This document shows, piece by piece, positions 61,450 through 64,000 of a stretch of 64,000 nucleotides of DNA. This DNA is from Patescibacteria group bacterium (lineage in GTDB: Bacteria > Patescibacteriota > Microgenomatia > Levybacterales > UBA12049): assembly GCA_038063415.1 (NCBI GenBank), contig JBBTVD010000006.1, positions 73,948 to 137,947 of the forward strand, read 5' to 3'. Under the pieces are notes generated by a model that saw only the letters and a list, made by a program, of their open reading frames with translations, was not told the origin of the DNA and did not search any database. Position 1 is the first letter of the stretch, and each line of letters opens with the position of its first letter. The position numbers and the translations under genes were made by a program.

Positions 61450-62808
61450 TTACTCCTTATAAAACGTACGCAAGAACGTACGAGTGACCACAATTGCTGA
61501 AAACAATGAAACAAAGACTCCAAGAGCAAGGGTAACCGCGAAACCTTTAATCACGCCCGTACCAAAATAAAACAAAATAGCACTAATGAGAAGACTGGCG
61601 ACATTTGAGTCACGGATAGATAACCATGCTCGAGAAAACCCAAGCCTAATTGCAGCTTCTCGTGAACGGCCTCTCCGTAATTCTTCTTTGACACGTTCAA
61701 AGATGAGGATATTGGCGTCAACAGCAATACCAATCGATAAAATAAAGCCAGCTATCCCAGCAAGTGTCAGCGTTACAGGAATTAACCTGAACAATGCAAG
61801 CATGAGTAAGGTATACACAATCAGTGCCATACTTGCAATAACACCAAGTCTTCCATACAGTCCTATCATAAAGACCACAATGACGACAAAGCCCAATGAT
61901 CCAGCAATTAGACTCTTTTGAATAGAATCATTACCCAAGCTTGCTCCAATAGCATGTTGTTCAAGAACCGTTAAGGATATGGGGAGAGCACCAGCATTGA
62001 GTTGAATCTGCACAGTCTTTGCCTGATCGGTCGTAAACTCACCACTGATTACGGCCTGTCCTCCATAGATCGCTTCATTGACTCGGGGCGCCTCGATAAT
62101 TTGATCATCAAGTGCAATTGCCAGAATCTTTCCCACATTGTCTTTGGTTATCTGACCAAATTTCTTGGCTCCTGCGCTGGTAAAGTTAAGACCAACCTGT
62201 GGTTTTCCTGTACTTGGATCAAAAGTAACGGTTGCCTCCTTCAGGTCTGCCCCGGTAAGATCAGTTTTCTTGGCAGTTGGCCCCATGAATTGCGCTATCC
62301 CAATTGGTACCCCTGATGTTGAAGCAATCTGAGCCGCTTCACTTGCTTCAAATGTCCCCTCTCCTTCTTGCCAAAAGGTCAGCTTGGCAGTCTTTCCTAC
62401 AAGCGCTACAGCCTGATTAACATCCGTAACACCTGGGATCTCAACGATAATACGATAATCATCGTTTACTTTTGCTGTCTGTACCACAGGCTCTGAGACA
62501 CCAAAGAAATTGATTCTGCGTTCAATGACTTCTTTTGCTGAATCAAGTGCCGCCTGTTTTCGAGCATCAGGGATATCATCCATTTCCGCACGGAGCGTAA
62601 CACTTGTGCCTCCCGCAAGATCAAGACCTTCATGCAAGGAAAAATCAGGCTTCAAACTAAGGAATCCTAGATAGGTGCTTGGAGCAAGACCAGGAATGGA
62701 AATCGTCGTTCCAAAAGCTTTTATCTGGTACGGTTGAGAAAAATTGATCAGCAAAGAAATAGCTGTCAAAAAAAGGATTAAGATGAAGAACCAGCGATTT
62801 TGTTTCAT
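61450..62808 (-). CDS. secD: Protein translocase subunit SecD
   Basis: GLDLAGG, RINFFGVSEP, AGALP, VDANILIFER. Confidence 0.97.
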   Translation of the reverse strand: MKQNRWFFILILFLTAISLLINFSQPYQIKAFGTTISIPGLAPSTYLGFLSLKPDFSLHEGLDLAGGTSVTLRAEMDDIPDARKQAALDSAKEVIERRINFFGVSEPVVQTAKVNDDYRIIVEIPGVTDVNQAVALVGKTAKLTFWQEGEGTFEASEAAQIASTSGVPIGIAQFMGPTAKKTDLTGADLKEATVTFDPSTGKPQVGLNFTSAGAKKFGQITKDNVGKILAIALDDQIIEAPRVNEAIYGGQAVISGEFTTDQAKTVQIQLNAGALPISLTVLEQHAIGASLGNDSIQKSLIAGSLGFVVIVVFMIGLYGRLGVIASMALIVYTLLMLALFRLIPVTLTLAGIAGFILSIGIAVDANILIFERVKEELRRGRSREAAIRLGFSRAWLSIRDSNVASLLISAILFYFGTGVIKGFAVTLALGVFVSLFSAIVVTRTFLRTFYKE

Positions 62809-63380
62809 GCAAGCATGGCCTCCTCATCACCAATTAACAGCAATCGTGAACCGAGCAAGATCGATGTTAAAAAAGGATCATTACGTTGTTTTCTAAATTT
62901 AAATTCTTCCTCAGTCATCGCTGTATAATTTACCTCTGTCCCAATCCGCATTTCTTCATCCCGAACCAGAAGTGCTAGCTCTGGAAGCACAACCGTCCCA
63001 ACAACCATCAGATCCACTTCATCTGGTGACTGTTTTTCTTTTTTAACAAATTTGCCGGAGAACATAGCATATTTGATCTTGCCAAGTTTGGTTCGATTCG
63101 CAAGCATTTTCTGACCAAGCCCAATGGTCTTTGATCCAACTCTCAGTAGGTCAGTATAAAAGGGATAATCTTTAGCGAGAAAATAATACACTCTATTTGC
63201 ACGGTTTTCTTTATTGAGGACTCCTTGCTTCTCCAGATGAATCAATTCCCGACGGACAGCATTTATTTCTTCATCGACCCTGCGGACGCATTCACGAACA
63301 TGATACATCTCTGAGGGCTTCGTGAGAAAGAGGTTAAGTATTTTTACTCGGGTTTTGGAAGTGATGAGATCTGACAACAT
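62805..63380 (-). CDS. Winged-HTH protein with a C-terminal nucleotidyltransferase-like domain
   Basis: SKTRVKIL...HVRE...NAVRREL HTH; EVDLMVVG and VNYT in the C-half; ATGA overlap with secD. Confidence 0.7.
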   Translation of the reverse strand: MLSDLITSKTRVKILNLFLTKPSEMYHVRECVRRVDEEINAVRRELIHLEKQGVLNKENRANRVYYFLAKDYPFYTDLLRVGSKTIGLGQKMLANRTKLGKIKYAMFSGKFVKKEKQSPDEVDLMVVGTVVLPELALLVRDEEMRIGTEVNYTAMTEEEFKFRKQRNDPFLTSILLGSRLLLIGDEEAMLA

Positions 63381-63517
63381 AGGATAATCTATCAGATTAT
63401 AGCATCTATTTGCTCATTTTTGGAAAGAAAAATAATCACTTCTTTTTCGGCTTTTCTTTCGTTATAGTATCATTCGTAATAAGAACCAATGATTCTTTTA
63501 CAGATGTATCCATATAG

Positions 63518-64000
63518 TCAATTTACTTCTACCAATGACCCCACAGGTTGTATTTCAAACCAGATTTTACCTTTGTTAAAAGCAATTTCTTCACCTTGAG
63601 CATCCATGATGACAAGTGGATCAACTCGTCGGGCTTTCTTCCAGGTTCCTTCAATCTCTTTCCCATCCATAAAGATAGTTACATTCCCAGTACCTGTGGT
63701 TCCATAGATCATATGAGCGTTCCCTTCATAGCCATCGTTTGCACGGCTTTCTTCCATAGAGAGTATGACAAGATTCTTGGTAGCAATCTGTTTTTTGGTA
63801 TTCCGATCGTTGTGTTTGATGCCACCATTCTCACGGAGATACGTATTTGTCTTGGGATCATAGGTCCATTCCACAGCATAATCAGGATTATTCCAGAAGT
63901 CAATGTGTATTGAATCTGTTTGAGGAGCAGCCGCAGGAGCATCATCTTTAAAGGTATATTCGGTAAAACTCGAATCCCATGACTTGCCATTTTTATCAAC
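63518..64000 (-). CDS. DUF3048-like protein, C-terminal part (5' end beyond the window)
   Basis: Frame open to the window edge; WTYD...YLR, KNLVI, GTG...DGK...GTWKK, GKIWFE. Confidence 0.75.
   Translation of the reverse strand, partial: VDKNGKSWDSSFTEYTFKDDAPAAAPQTDSIHIDFWNNPDYAVEWTYDPKTNTYLRENGGIKHNDRNTKKQIATKNLVILSMEESRANDGYEGNAHMIYGTTGTGNVTIFMDGKEIEGTWKKARRVDPLVIMDAQGEEIAFNKGKIWFEIQPVGSLVEVN

Overview
A 64-kb bacterial chromosomal segment in genetic code 11 (TGA is used as a stop). Gene content and protein style suggest a Candidate Phyla Radiation bacterium of the Microgenomates group; this is inference, not a taxonomic search. In order, the window holds: an odd purine cluster (purE-purC fusion, EamA, MazEF, M24-like domain fused to purM); two double-domain GH130 enzymes; an ABC-2 exporter; a PLD-family protein; a glycosylation locus; a CsoR-controlled copper operon; and core genes (secA, serS, rpsT, murJ, groESL, lepA, rpsG, rpsL, rpoC, rpoB, secDF) with accessory genes appended behind several of them. 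No tRNA, rRNA, CRISPR array, integrase or transposase was recognised. The main unexplained signals are five. (1) A family of GTCAT-capped palindromic REP/RPE-like repeats, 13 hairpin units at 7 loci; four loci lie in frame inside copA and one fills the serS 5' UTR. (2) An AbiEii-type toxin-antitoxin cassette bracketed by a 46-bp duplication of the rpsG 3' end that differs only at two synonymous sites. (3) A 635-aa protein with a C-terminal RelE-like domain directly behind secA. (4) A methyltransferase frameshifted at a G7 tract. (5) Structured leaders, and many apparently leaderless genes.
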